A stretch of 64,000 nt of DNA from positions 2,688,001 through 2,752,000 of the forward strand of contig CAVYGB010000008.1 in the NCBI GenBank assembly GCA_963767925.1, read 5' to 3'. The position numbers were made by a program, and so were the translations under genes. A model generated the notes under the pieces. It searched no databases, had not been told where the DNA came from, and saw nothing but the letters and a program-made list of their open reading frames with translations. Each line of letters opens with the position of its first letter. Positions within the stretch are counted from its first letter, which is position 1. The DNA comes from an uncultured delta proteobacterium (GTDB lineage Bacteria > Myxococcota_A > Polyangia > Fen-1088). Shown piece after piece: positions 14,474-33,028 of the stretch.

Positions 14474-14875
14474 CTACCGAACCTGAACCAGCTCCACCTC
14501 GAAGATCAGCGTGGCGTCGGGGGGAACGGCCGGGCCCTGGCCGGCCGCCCCGTAGGCCAGGGCGGGCGGGACCACGAGCTGGCGCCGGCCCCCAACCCGC
14601 ATGCCCTGGACCCCCTGCTCCCAGCCCGGGATGACCATCTTCTGGCCCAGGACGAACTCGACTGGCCGCCCGCGGTCGTGGGAGCTGTCGAAGACGCGCC
14701 CGTCCCCGAGCCGACCCCGGTAGTGCATGACCACGGTGCGTCCGGGCGCCACCTCGGCGCCCGAGCCGACCACCTGGTCGGTGATGCCCAGGGTGGGCCG
14801 CTCGGGCCGCTGACAGGCCCAGATCAGCCCCAGGGGTAAGACCCGGAGGAGGTGGCGTCGCGAGGCGGCGGGCAC
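14474..14875 (-). CDS. FKBP-type peptidyl-prolyl isomerase (possible lipoprotein)
   Basis: [30 protein letters not shown] and TLIFEVEL motifs; N-terminal LIWAC. Confidence 0.9.
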   Translation of the reverse strand: MPAASRRHLLRVLPLGLIWACQRPERPTLGITDQVVGSGAEVAPGRTVVMHYRGRLGDGRVFDSSHDRGRPVEFVLGQKMVIPGWEQGVQGMRVGGRRQLVVPPALAYGAAGQGPAVPPDATLIFEVELVQVR

Positions 14876-14883
14876 GGGGGGCC

Positions 14884-15144
14884 TCAGTGGGCGAAGCCGC
14901 CGTGGCCGTGGGCGGCCGCGTCCCCGGGATGGAGCAGCTCGTGGGCGTGGCCGATCATCTCGGACAGCAGGGTGGCGACCGCGCAGAACTCCCCGGCCTT
15001 CCGCTCGGCCGCCAGGTGGACCGCGCGGTGCGCGAGGGCTCGCACCAGCGCCCAGTCCGAATCGGCGCCCTTGCCGCCGAGACCGGCCAGCACGGGGGCA
15101 AGCGCAGCCTCGTGCGCCTTCTGGAGATCGTCTATGGTTGCCAT
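14884..15144 (-). CDS. small helical His-rich hypothetical protein
   Basis: 86-aa ORF ending GHAHELLHPGDAAAHGHGGFAH; TAGACT lies 6 nt upstream of the ATG. Confidence 0.7.
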   Translation of the reverse strand: MATIDDLQKAHEAALAPVLAGLGGKGADSDWALVRALAHRAVHLAAERKAGEFCAVATLLSEMIGHAHELLHPGDAAAHGHGGFAH

Positions 15145-15156
15145 CGCATCAGTCTA

Positions 15157-16035
15157 ATGCTTTCTGCACCACCGCCCATCGCTTCCCCGCGGCCCCCCCC
15201 CTCCCCCGCGCCCGCCTCGGCCCGCCCCTTCCTGAAGTGGGCCGGTGGCAAGCGGCAGCTCCTGGATCGTTTCGCCCCGCTCTACCCCACCGCGAAGGTG
15301 GTGGCCTACCACGAACCCTTCCTGGGCAGCGGGGCGGTGTTCTTCCAGGTGCAGGCCAGGCTCTCGCCGCGCCGGATCGCCCTGTCGGACGGCAACGCGG
15401 AGCTGATCGAGACCTTCACCGCCGTCCGGGACGACGTCGAGGAGGTCATCCGCGAGCTCGAGGTGCACGCCAAACGCCACGACAAGAAGCACTTCTACGA
15501 GGTCCGCGACCGGCAGCCGCTCGAGCTGTTCCCCGCCGCCCGGGCGGCCCGCCTCATCTACCTCAACCGCACCTGCTTCAACGGCCTTTACCGGGTCAAC
15601 AGCAAGGGTCGCTTCAACGTCCCCATGGGCAGCTACGCCAAACCGGCCATCCTCGACGGCGACGGCCTGCGGGCGGCGAGCGCCTGCCTGGCCGGGGTCG
15701 ACCTCGCCAGCGGACCTTTCACCCGGGTCCTCGACAACGCCCGCCGGGGCGACTTCGTCTACTTCGATCCACCCTATGTCCCGCTCTCGGCGACCGCCTC
15801 CTTCACCGCCTACACCCGGGACTCATTCGGCCCCAAGGACCAGGAGGAGCTGGTCCGGGTGTACCGGGCGCTCGACGAGCGCGGCTGCCGGCTCATGCTG
15901 TCCAACAGCGACGCCCCCCGGGTGCGGGAGCTCTACGCCGGCTTCCGCTTCGAGGTCCTCCAGGCCCGCCGCAACATCAACTCCCGCAGCGACCGGCGCG
16001 GCCCCGTCGGCGAGCTGGTGGTCATGAACTATTGA
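15157..16035 (+). CDS. dam: Dam-family (D12 class) DNA adenine methyltransferase, orphan
   Basis: PFLKWAGGKRQL, EPFLGSGAVFF, YLNRTCFNGLYRVN, FVYFDPPY and MLSNSD motifs. Confidence 0.93.
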   Translation: MLSAPPPIASPRPPPSPAPASARPFLKWAGGKRQLLDRFAPLYPTAKVVAYHEPFLGSGAVFFQVQARLSPRRIALSDGNAELIETFTAVRDDVEEVIRELEVHAKRHDKKHFYEVRDRQPLELFPAARAARLIYLNRTCFNGLYRVNSKGRFNVPMGSYAKPAILDGDGLRAASACLAGVDLASGPFTRVLDNARRGDFVYFDPPYVPLSATASFTAYTRDSFGPKDQEELVRVYRALDERGCRLMLSNSDAPRVRELYAGFRFEVLQARRNINSRSDRRGPVGELVVMNY

Positions 16036-16049
16036 ACCGAGGATCCCCG

Positions 16050-16634
16050 ATGGTGCGGCTGAACCGGATCTACACGAAGGCGGGCGACGGGGGACAGACC
16101 CGACTCGTCGGCGGGCAGAAGGTGGGCAAGGACGCCTTGCGCATCGAATGTTACGGGACGGTGGACGAGCTGATGGCCGTCATCGGGCTGTGCCGGACGG
16201 CGCTGGCGGAGCCGGGGGCGCCGCCGGGCGCCGCCGAGCTGGAGATCGTGCTCCGCCGGGTGCAGAACGAGCTGTTCAACGTCGGCAGCGACCTCGCCAC
16301 CTTGCCCGAGGACCGCCACCCCAAGCAGCCGGTGGTCGAGCTCCGGCACATCGAGGCGCTCGAGAAGGAGATCGACGCCTGGAACGAGCAGCTCCCCGAG
16401 CTGCGCAGCTTCGTGTTGCCCGGGGGCGGCTGGGTGGCCGCCTACCTGCACCTGGCCCGGACGGTGTGCCGGCGGGCCGAGCGGCTGGCCGTCCGCCTGG
16501 CCGCCAGCGAGCCGGTGAGCGGCCCTGTCGTCCCCTACCTGAATCGCCTCTCGGATGCCCTCTTCGTCATGAGCCGCCACGCCTGCCGCCTCTACGGCCA
16601 GCCCGAACCCCTCTGGGAGCCCGAAAAAACCTAG
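16050..16634 (+). CDS. pduO: PduO-type ATP:cob(I)alamin adenosyltransferase
   Basis: IYTKAGDGGQT, YGTVDEL, FVLPGG, ARTVCRRAER and YLNRLSDALF motifs. Confidence 0.93.
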   Translation: MVRLNRIYTKAGDGGQTRLVGGQKVGKDALRIECYGTVDELMAVIGLCRTALAEPGAPPGAAELEIVLRRVQNELFNVGSDLATLPEDRHPKQPVVELRHIEALEKEIDAWNEQLPELRSFVLPGGGWVAAYLHLARTVCRRAERLAVRLAASEPVSGPVVPYLNRLSDALFVMSRHACRLYGQPEPLWEPEKT

Positions 16635-16682
16635 CGGCTGTCGCTCGCGTGCGGAGCCGCCGAGCTTGCTCGGCGGGAGGCT

Positions 16683-18181
16683 TCAAAGCCTATAAGCGAT
16701 GCCGAAGTTGAGGTCGACGTTGACGGCGGTGTCGGGGAGGCCGACGAGGGTGTTGAGGGCGGCAGTCAGGCTGAACGTGCTGTTCAGGTCGTAGATGAAG
16801 CCGGCCGCCGGGCCGACCAGGAAGCCGCCGCCGGCCACCGTGTCGACGCAGACCTGGTTTCGCATGGGGCCGCAGTCGGGCGGCAGGGGCATGTCCTTGA
16901 GGTCGACGAGGTAGCGGATGTACCCGCCACCCGCCCCCAGGGAGATGAAGGGCCGGAAGGCCTCGCGCTCGCGCAGGAACCAGGTGGCCTTGCCGAGGAC
17001 CGCGACCGCTCCGCTGGCCGGCTCGCAGACGCCCGTCGGCTTACAGCTCTCGTGCCGCACCTCGGTCGCCCCGGTGGTGAGCTGCAGCCGCCCCTGGACC
17101 GACAGCAGCAGCTTGGGGCTGATGAAGAAGCCCAGCTCGGGAGAAAAATGCATCAAGCGCGCCGGCGCGACGTTCTTCCACTCGAGCGCACGCACCTGGC
17201 GGGTTGTCGCGTCCTGGTAGTTGCGGTTGACCTCGGGCGTACCCTTGGCCCAGCCGCCGCCCCCGCCGACGCCGAGGCTCAGCCACACCCGGGGGGCCGA
17301 CGCCGGACGTCCCGGCTCCTCCGACACCTCGGACGCGCTGTCCACCTCGGCCACCGGCTCGGGACCGTCGGAGGTCAGGCGCACCGTGTGGGGCTCCTCG
17401 CTGGTGCCGCTGGAGGCCAGGGCCTGCCCGTTGCGGGCCCGCGCCTCCACGTAATAGGAGACGCTGTCGCCGTGGGTGGCCGGCTCCGGGATACGGGCGA
17501 CGTATTCGCCGCTCTCGTCTCGCTCCATGTCCCGGGCCAGAAAATCGGTGGCCCCCTCGGGCCGGTAAGCCAGCACGAGTCGGTCGAAGACCAGGGTGGC
17601 CGCCACCCGGGCGGTCACCGGCACGGCGTTGCCCGACCGGCCCGAGTCGACCACCCGGTGCACGATGGCCGCGCCGGAGGCCGGAGTCGCGGCGGGCGCC
17701 GGCGCGGGAGGCGCCGGACGGGCCGCCACCGGCTCGGGGGGGAGCTGGGCGGTGAGGGACCGACGCTGCCCATGTCCTTGATCGCGGTGTCGAACGCCGA
17801 CTGGATCTCGGGATTGGACAGGCGCTTGGGCACCCGGATGGCGGGATCTATCTCGAGCGCGCGCTGGAACTGCTTGATGGCCGCGTCGCGCTGCTTGAGC
17901 CCGCCCACCAGCACCACCGCGAGATTGATGTGGGTCTGGGCCTTGAGCGCGTGGCGGTTCAGCCCTTCGGTCGCGCACAGCTCGAGCGCCTGCATGAGCG
18001 CCTTGCGCGCCTCTTCCAGGTCGAGGTTCTCGTAGGCGTCGACCGCCCGTTTATTGAGATCGCGGACCTTGGCGAGCGCTTCGGGCGCGGGCGCTTGTGC
18101 CAGAGAGCTGGCCGCCGTACCCAACGACACCGACAATAAGGCCGCTGACAGGGCAAGAGCCCTTCCGCACGTGCGCATCAT
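16683..18181 (-). CDS. secreted TPR-containing protein with a C-terminal beta-barrel-like domain (frameshift near 17760)
   Basis: Signal peptide, TPR-like helices (AIKQFQRALEIDP), Pro/Ala linker, beta-sandwich segment (VSYYVEAR) and barrel-like terminus VDLNFGIAYRL. Confidence 0.7.
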
Positions 18182-18336
18182 GGGACCAACTCCTCACCAA
18201 GTTCTAGTCCTCTGGAGGACAGGTGGTCAAACCCAATGCCGATAGCGCGAAACGCCCAGGCTGGCCAGCCCGACCTGCTTTCGACCTGCCGGTTGCCCTG
18301 GTGCCGGCGTTACCAGCCTCTATACTTTGAGTCAAG

Positions 18337-20191
<1,855 letters not shown>

Positions 20192-20216
20192 CGGGCCCGG
20201 GGGGGCCCGGCGCCGG

Positions 20217-20804
20217 TCAGGCCCCCTTCTTGAGCTCGGTCAGGACCGACTTCGCGACCGCCTTCAACGTGTCGAACACGCCGGTGCCGACCGTGGCGGA
20301 GGCCTCGAAGTCGGGCACCCGGGTGGTGTTGAGCAGCTCGCGGAGCTGTTCGACCGGGGCGGAGTTGGGCAGGTCGCGCTTGTTGAACTGGATGACGTAG
20401 GGAAGCTTGTCGAGGTTGTAGCCCTGCTCCGACAGGTTGGTGCGCAGGTTCTCCAGCGACTCGATGTTGGCTTCCATGCGCTCGATCTGGGAGTCGGCCA
20501 CGAAGACAACCCCGTCGACCCCCTTGAGGATCAGCTTGCGACTGGCGTCGTAGAAGACCTGGCCGGGCACGGTGTAGAGGTGAAAGCGGGTCTTGAAGCC
20601 CCGGATCTCACCGAGCGACAGCGGCAAGAAGTCGAAGAACAGGGTCCGCTCGGTCTCGGTGGCCAGCGAGATCATCTTGCCCTTCGCCTCGGGGCTGGTC
20701 TTGGCATAGATGTACTGGAGGTTTGTCGTCTTCCCGCACAGACCGGGGCCGTAGTAGACGATCTTGCAGTTGATCTCGCGGGACGAGTAGTTGATGAAGC
20801 TCAT
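20217..20804 (-). CDS. mglA: Ras-like gliding-motility GTPase MglA
   Basis: [44 protein letters not shown] and NKRD motifs. Confidence 0.98.
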   Translation of the reverse strand: MSFINYSSREINCKIVYYGPGLCGKTTNLQYIYAKTSPEAKGKMISLATETERTLFFDFLPLSLGEIRGFKTRFHLYTVPGQVFYDASRKLILKGVDGVVFVADSQIERMEANIESLENLRTNLSEQGYNLDKLPYVIQFNKRDLPNSAPVEQLRELLNTTRVPDFEASATVGTGVFDTLKAVAKSVLTELKKGA

Positions 20805-20825
20805 GCGACGACTTCCGCTGGCCTT

Positions 20826-21305
20826 CTAGTCGTTGAAGAGGTTGTCGATGTCGCTGTCGGTGATCTCGCTGAGCACCGACGTTCCGTGACGGCTGGCAGC
20901 CTTCTTGGTCACCAGATCGAACAACCTGGCCATCTCCTCCGTCGCTTTCTTGACCCGCAGCCGCACCAGCCCCAGCGACGATCGCTCGTCGAACAGGACG
21001 ACCAGGATGGCTCGCCCTGCGACAAGGGTGATGTGGACGTGGGTCTTTTCCCCCTCATGGAACTGACTCGTGAAGTCTTTTTCCCTGAGGATCTTGGAGA
21101 TACCCCCGGTGGCCGCCACGTTGCCGGCGGTCAGCGAGGAGAGGGAGGTCACGTCCAGCTCGGCGACGTCTCCGGCATCCGCGATCGGCTGACCGTCACG
21201 ACCGATGAGCAGAACGGCTTTGGCATTGGCATCCCGGTGCAGGCGCTGACAAACGGCCGCAATCAGCTCCTGCTCCTCGGGAAACATCACATCGGGGCCG
21301 CTCAT
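20826..21305 (-). CDS. mglB: roadblock/LC7 GTPase-activating protein MglB
   Basis: SLTAGNVAATGG, FHEGE, SSLGLVRLRVKKA and EITDSDIDNLF; directly upstream of mglA. Confidence 0.96.
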   Translation of the reverse strand: MSGPDVMFPEEQELIAAVCQRLHRDANAKAVLLIGRDGQPIADAGDVAELDVTSLSSLTAGNVAATGGISKILREKDFTSQFHEGEKTHVHITLVAGRAILVVLFDERSSLGLVRLRVKKATEEMARLFDLVTKKAASRHGTSVLSEITDSDIDNLFND

Positions 21306-21428
21306 TTTAGGCGCTCAAAGACATCAAGATCTGAAGCCCACCATTAACATCGGTCGGACGTTCCTTCAAGTTCAGGTCCGACGTTGGATCAGGCGGAAAA
21401 CCCCGGCGGGCTGCGGCCGGCGGGGCGC

Positions 21429-22031
21429 TCATATGTCCCGGCGCCCTTCGATGGCCCGGGCCAGGGTCAGCCGATCGGCATATTCGAGCTCCCCGCCCAT
21501 GGGCACGCCCGTGGCGATCCGGCTCGCTTTTACCCCCAGGGGGCGCAGCAGCTTGGCCAGGTACACGGCGGTCGCTTCCCCTTCCACGCTCGGGTTTGTA
21601 GCCACGATGACTTCTTTGACCTCCCCGCTCCCACATCGTCGCACCAGCTCCTCTATTCTCAGATCTTCAGGCCCTGTCCCCTCGAGGGGCGAGAGCACTC
21701 CGTGCAGCACATGGTACCGCCCACGGTACCCGGCCGTGCGCTCGATTGCGACGACGTCTTGAGGTTGTGCGACCACACACACCAAACTGGCGTCCCGGCG
21801 GGCGTCCCCGCACAGGCCACAGGGGTCGGTCTCGGTGAAATCCCAGCACAGCCCACACAGGCGGATCCGCCGGCGCAGCTCCACGATGGCCTCGGCCAGG
21901 GCCTCGGCGTCGGCGGGGGGGGCCCGCAGAATGTGAAAAGCCAGGCGGGCGCCCGTCTTTTGCCCGACCCCGGGCAGCTTGGCGAGCTGCTGGATCAGGC
22001 GGGCGATCGGTCCGGCGGAGGGTCCGCTCAT
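21429..22031 (-). CDS. recR: recombination mediator RecR
   Basis: KLPGVGQKT (HhH), C4 zinc motif, YHVLHG, ATNPSVEGEATA and GGELEYAD. Confidence 0.97.
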   Translation of the reverse strand: MSGPSAGPIARLIQQLAKLPGVGQKTGARLAFHILRAPPADAEALAEAIVELRRRIRLCGLCWDFTETDPCGLCGDARRDASLVCVVAQPQDVVAIERTAGYRGRYHVLHGVLSPLEGTGPEDLRIEELVRRCGSGEVKEVIVATNPSVEGEATAVYLAKLLRPLGVKASRIATGVPMGGELEYADRLTLARAIEGRRDI

Positions 22032-22032
22032 G

Positions 22033-22355
22033 TCACCCGCCGAACATTCCCGGGGGGAGCTGCATGCCGCCGGTAGCGCGCACGACCTCTTCCTGGGCCA
22101 TCTGCCGGGCCCGCTCGAGGGCCAGGTTCACCGCGGCCAGCACCAGATCCTGCAGCATCTGCTGGTTCTCCGGTCCCAGCAGGGAGGGGTCGACCTGGAG
22201 GGCGACGAGGTCGCCCTTGCCGTTGGCCGTGCACTGGACCAGGCCGCCGCCGGTCTCGGCCGAGACCGTCTTGTTGCCGAGCTCGGTCTTGACCCGGGCC
22301 ATCTCCACCTGGATCCGCTGCGCTGCTTCGAACAGCCCCTTCAAATAATCGCCGC

Positions 22356-22359
<4 letters not shown>
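22033..22359 (-). CDS. ybaB: YbaB/EbfC nucleoid-associated protein
   Basis: GGGLVQCTANG and LQDLVLAAVN motifs; dnaX-ybaB-recR synteny. Confidence 0.93.
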
Positions 22360-24146
<1,787 letters not shown>

Positions 24147-24251
24147 CGCCCGAATCTACGCTGAACCGCGCGGCGCTTCCAGGGCGGTCGAAGTCCATCC
24201 CGACGGAGGGCTCTTGTCTCACAAGACGCGGTGCTTACGTTTCGCAAAGAC

Positions 24252-26852
<2,601 letters not shown>

Positions 26853-26890
26853 TGACAGACTATCGGTAACCCTCGCCCCTCGAACCGGAG

Positions 26891-27841
26891 ATGAAAGACC
26901 TCTACAAGAGCCTCGGCGTCTCCGAGAGCGCCAGCGAAGACGAGATCAAGCAGGCCTTCCGGAAGCAGGCCAAGGCGAACCACCCCGACAAGACCGGCGG
27001 GGACAAGCGCAAGACCGAGCGGTTCAAGGAGATCAACGAGGCCTACGCCGTCCTCGGCGACAAGCAGAAGCGGGAAGAGTACGACCGGCTCCGCCGGGCC
27101 CCGGTCGGCTCGGATGGCATGCCCATGGGCTTCGACCGGGACACCTTCGAGCAGGTCTTCGGGGGGAACTTCGGGCGGGGCGGGAGCGGAAATGTGCGGG
27201 CGCCGACCGACTTCGACGGCGACGTGGGAGATCTGTTCGCCAGCCTGTTCGGTGGGGGCGGCGCCAGCCCCTTCGGTCGCGGCCCCACCCGCCGGGGGCA
27301 CGCGCGGGGCGCCGACCACCTCGGCTTGCTCGAGCTCGATCTGCGGGAGGCGGCCCTGGGGACGCGAAAGACCGTCCAGACCGGGAACGGCGCCGCGATC
27401 GAGGTGCTGGTGCCGCCAGGCGTCGACACCGGCGGGCGGCTCCGCGTCTCCGGTCAGGGGGCTCCACCCCGGCAGCGAGGTGGCGAGCCGGGCGACCTGC
27501 ACCTCGAGATACGGGTGCGCCCGGATCCGGTGCTGTCGCGAAATGGTGCAGACATCGAGATGGATCTGCCCCTCGCGGTGGCCGAAGCGGTGCTCGGCAC
27601 CAAAGTCGAGGTCCCCACGTTGGAGGGCTCCGTACATGTAACCGTTCCGCCGGGGACCTCGAGCGGCGCCCGGCTGCGCCTGCGTGGGCGTGGGGTGAAA
27701 CGCGCCGATGGTGGGCGGGGAGATCAGATCATGCGCGTGCAGGTGGTCGTACCCAAGCTCGCCGAGGACGACGCCGAGAGCCGGCGTCTCGTCGAGGAGC
27801 TCGGGCAGCGCACCCAGAGCCGCCCCGTCCGAAGCTTTTGA
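26891..27841 (+). CDS. DnaJ-class co-chaperone without zinc finger (CbpA-like)
   Basis: J domain with HPD, a G/F-rich region and a DnaJ C-terminal domain; no CxxCxGxG repeats. Confidence 0.92.
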   Translation: MKDLYKSLGVSESASEDEIKQAFRKQAKANHPDKTGGDKRKTERFKEINEAYAVLGDKQKREEYDRLRRAPVGSDGMPMGFDRDTFEQVFGGNFGRGGSGNVRAPTDFDGDVGDLFASLFGGGGASPFGRGPTRRGHARGADHLGLLELDLREAALGTRKTVQTGNGAAIEVLVPPGVDTGGRLRVSGQGAPPRQRGGEPGDLHLEIRVRPDPVLSRNGADIEMDLPLAVAEAVLGTKVEVPTLEGSVHVTVPPGTSSGARLRLRGRGVKRADGGRGDQIMRVQVVVPKLAEDDAESRRLVEELGQRTQSRPVRSF

Positions 27842-28036
27842 CCCGAACCCTGAGAGGGTTCCATACCTGCGACGACCAGGACGCGATGGCCAACCCACCT
27901 GGCCCTCCGAGCAGCGAAAACCACGTCCTGCAGCCAGGAATCTGCGCTTGCGGTTCGGTTTCGAGCCGCCTAACTTGAGACAAGAGAGGCCCGTAACCGA
28001 AGGCCCCGATCGGCTTCCAATACTTGAGGAAAAGGC

Positions 28037-30403
<2,367 letters not shown>

Positions 30404-30419
30404 CGCGCCCGCTCGCAAG

Positions 30420-30461
30420 AGGCCCGTACCGGCGGATTCGCTCCGCCGGACGGGCCTTTTT
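30420..30461 (+). terminator. Rho-independent terminator after lon
   Basis: AGGCCCGT-a-CCGGCGGA / TCCGCCGG-ACGGGCCT stem followed by a T run. Confidence 0.85.
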
Positions 30462-30595
30462 CCGTTGGCGTCGCTGCGCGTCCGGTCGCCAAAAATGTTG
30501 GCGCCACAAAATTGTCATGGGGGTTACTCTTGCTTACTCGGTAAACCAGGGTACGATAAGGCTCACCTCAGCGTCTTTTGTGGGTCAGGAGCGTG

Positions 30596-32245
30596 ATGTC
30601 CGAAGAGTCGCCGTCCTCGAGTTCGCCCCGTAGCCCGAGCCCTCGTGACAGCAGCGTCGAGCCCGCGGAGGGCTCCGCGTCATCAGGACCGGAGCAGGCC
30701 AGGAGAGGGCCGGCGGGCTCCACGCCGTTTGGACGTTACCGGCTGCAGTCGCGCATCGGGTCGGGCGGGATGGCCGAGATCTTCCGCGCCGTGGCGATGG
30801 GGGCGCAGGGCTTCGAGCGGACGGTGGCCATCAAGCGCATCCGCGACGAGGTGGTGGAGCTGGCCGACATCGGCAAGCTGTTCGCCGACGAGGCGCGCGT
30901 CTCGGCGCTGCTGGACCATCCCAACATCGTCCAGGTCTACGACTTCGGGGCGGTGGACGGGACCTATTACATCGCCATGGAGTACCTCAAGGGGCGCAAC
31001 CTCGAGCAGGTGCTCTCCGCGCTGCGCGAGCGCGGCCAGCGGCTGGCCCCCTCCCTGGCGGTGCTCATCGCCCGCGACGTTGCTCGGGGCCTGGCCTATG
31101 CCCACGGCCTGGCCGACGACAAGGGACGGCCGCTCGCCATCGTCCACCGCGACGTGAGCCCGGCCAACGTCATGCTGTCGCACATGGGCGCTGTGAAGCT
31201 GCTCGACTTCGGGATCGCCCGCATCACGAGTGAGCTGCGGCTGGCGGTGACCCGCGGCCGGGCGCTGCGCGGCAAGTGTCCCTACCTGGCGCCCGAGCAG
31301 ATCACCAACGAGGGGGAGGCCGACGCCCGCTCCGACATCTTCGCCCTCGGCGCGGTGTTGTGGGAGATGTTGACCGGCCGCCGGCTCTTCGTGGGCTCCT
31401 CCGACTTCGAGGTCCTGGCCAGCGTGCTCAACCGCGACCTCCCGCCCCCCTCGTCGATGGTGCCCGGGCTGCCGGCGGAGGTCGACGAGATCGTGCTGCA
31501 CGCCCTGGCCCGGGACCCCGACCAGCGGTTCGCCAGCGCCGGTGCCCTGGCCGAGGCGCTCGAGGAGGCGGTGCAGCTCCTGCCCAGCCGCTACCGCGAC
31601 CTCACCTCCCTCGTCGCGAACCTGCCGCCTCAGCCAACCGAGGAGCTGCGGCTGCCGGTGGCCCCGCCCCTGTCCGACGATCGCCGGTTCGAGATCGTGT
31701 TGCCCGCCCTGCCCACCCCGGCTGCCCTGGTGGGGATCGCCGATCCAACCAGCCTCGAGCAGGCGGGGCTGCGCAACGAGGAGACCCGCAAGGTCAGCAG
31801 CCCGGAGCTGCTGGCCCGGCTCAGCCGGAACCCCGACCGCAGGCCGACCCTGCCCGGCCGCGTCTCGCGCACGCTGCTGTTCACCCTCGGCGTGGCGCTG
31901 CTCATGTTCGTCGAGAACCTGACCAGCCTGATCCAGCCCGAGCGCCGCCTGCCAACCACGCCCCGCCAGGCGACCGCGGCCGAGGTCGTCGTCTTGCCCT
32001 CCCCACCCCCGCCGCCCGTGTCCCCGCCCGCCGCTCCGCCGGTCCCCCTGGCGCCGGCCACGGACACGGCGGCGGCCGCGAACCCCCGCCCGGCGGTGGC
32101 CACCAGCAAGAAGTCACCGCCGAGGGCCAAACGTGCCTCGAGCCGCGGGAGCCGGCCCAAGGCACATGCCACCCGGCGGCCGTACCGGGTCATGGCGCCC
32201 GAGGCGCGGTCTCGTTCCCAGCCCATCGCCCAGGGTCGGCGCTAA
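30596..32245 (+). CDS. Hanks-type Ser/Thr protein kinase with a TM segment and Pro/basic tail
   Basis: GSGGMAEIF, VAIK, HRDVSPANVML, DFG, APE and DIFALG motifs; TM segment LLFTLGVALLMFV. Confidence 0.92.
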   Translation: MSEESPSSSSPRSPSPRDSSVEPAEGSASSGPEQARRGPAGSTPFGRYRLQSRIGSGGMAEIFRAVAMGAQGFERTVAIKRIRDEVVELADIGKLFADEARVSALLDHPNIVQVYDFGAVDGTYYIAMEYLKGRNLEQVLSALRERGQRLAPSLAVLIARDVARGLAYAHGLADDKGRPLAIVHRDVSPANVMLSHMGAVKLLDFGIARITSELRLAVTRGRALRGKCPYLAPEQITNEGEADARSDIFALGAVLWEMLTGRRLFVGSSDFEVLASVLNRDLPPPSSMVPGLPAEVDEIVLHALARDPDQRFASAGALAEALEEAVQLLPSRYRDLTSLVANLPPQPTEELRLPVAPPLSDDRRFEIVLPALPTPAALVGIADPTSLEQAGLRNEETRKVSSPELLARLSRNPDRRPTLPGRVSRTLLFTLGVALLMFVENLTSLIQPERRLPTTPRQATAAEVVVLPSPPPPPVSPPAAPPVPLAPATDTAAAANPRPAVATSKKSPPRAKRASSRGSRPKAHATRRPYRVMAPEARSRSQPIAQGRR

Positions 32246-32250
32246 GCCAC

Positions 32251-32919
32251 TCAGACGATCGCGGGCAGGCCGCCCGGCGCCGGGAGGTCGTGGGTCGGGC
32301 CGAGCGCCAGCAGGTCGGCCGGGTCGCTGTAGCCCCAGAGCGCGGCGGCCGAGGCGCACCCCGCCGCCCGGGCCACCTGCAGATCGGGGATCCCGTCGCC
32401 GACCATGAGCGCGGCCGCCGGGTCGCAGGAGAACCGTTCGAACAGGGCGCGGGCGGCGGCCGGGTCGGGCTTGCGCGGGAAACCGTCGCCGTCACCGATC
32501 GCGGCGTGAAAGAGCCCGTCGATGCCCAGCGCCGCCAGGAGCGGGCGGGTGATCTCGCCCGGCTTGTTGGTGAGCACCGCCAGGCGCCGCGCTGGTTCGG
32601 CACGCAGGCTCTGCAGCACTTCGGCTATCCCGGGGTACAGGCGGGACTGCACACAGGGCCTGGCGCGGTACTCGTCGCGCACGAGATCGGCGAGGGCCTG
32701 CGCGCGCGCGGCATCCTCGGCGCCGCCCGCGGACGGACGCAGAGCGAGCGCCTTTCCGGCCAGGCGCAACACGCCCTCGCCGACCAGCGCCCGCACCTCC
32801 GCCAGGGGAAAAGGGGCAAGCCCGAAGGTGGCCAGACCCTGGTTGAGGGCCGCGCCGATGTCGGGCAGTGAGTCGACGAGCGTTCCGTCGAGGTCGAAGA
32901 TCACGAGGCTGTATCTCAC
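32251..32919 (-). CDS. gph: HAD-IA hydrolase, phosphoglycolate phosphatase-like
   Basis: IFDLDGTLVDS, LTNKP, RKPDP and MVGDGIPD motifs. Confidence 0.85.
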   Translation of the reverse strand: MRYSLVIFDLDGTLVDSLPDIGAALNQGLATFGLAPFPLAEVRALVGEGVLRLAGKALALRPSAGGAEDAARAQALADLVRDEYRARPCVQSRLYPGIAEVLQSLRAEPARRLAVLTNKPGEITRPLLAALGIDGLFHAAIGDGDGFPRKPDPAAARALFERFSCDPAAALMVGDGIPDLQVARAAGCASAAALWGYSDPADLLALGPTHDLPAPGGLPAIV

Positions 32920-33028
32920 GGCCGCCGAGCCTTAGCGCCGAGCCGGGCTCGCGTCAACGCGCGGGGCTCCCCGTACGACCCGACCTTTCCCCGGGCCCCC
33001 GGGTGCGCTACGTTTCCATGTCCGGCGG

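Noticed and set aside
15157..16035. Restriction-modification or defence island around dam
   Set aside because: The neighbours are FKBP, a small hypothetical gene and pduO; no nuclease or mobility genes are present.
24147..24251. SRP RNA or tRNA upstream of dnaX
   Set aside because: The 105-bp spacer shows no SRP or cloverleaf features and is occupied by divergent promoter elements.
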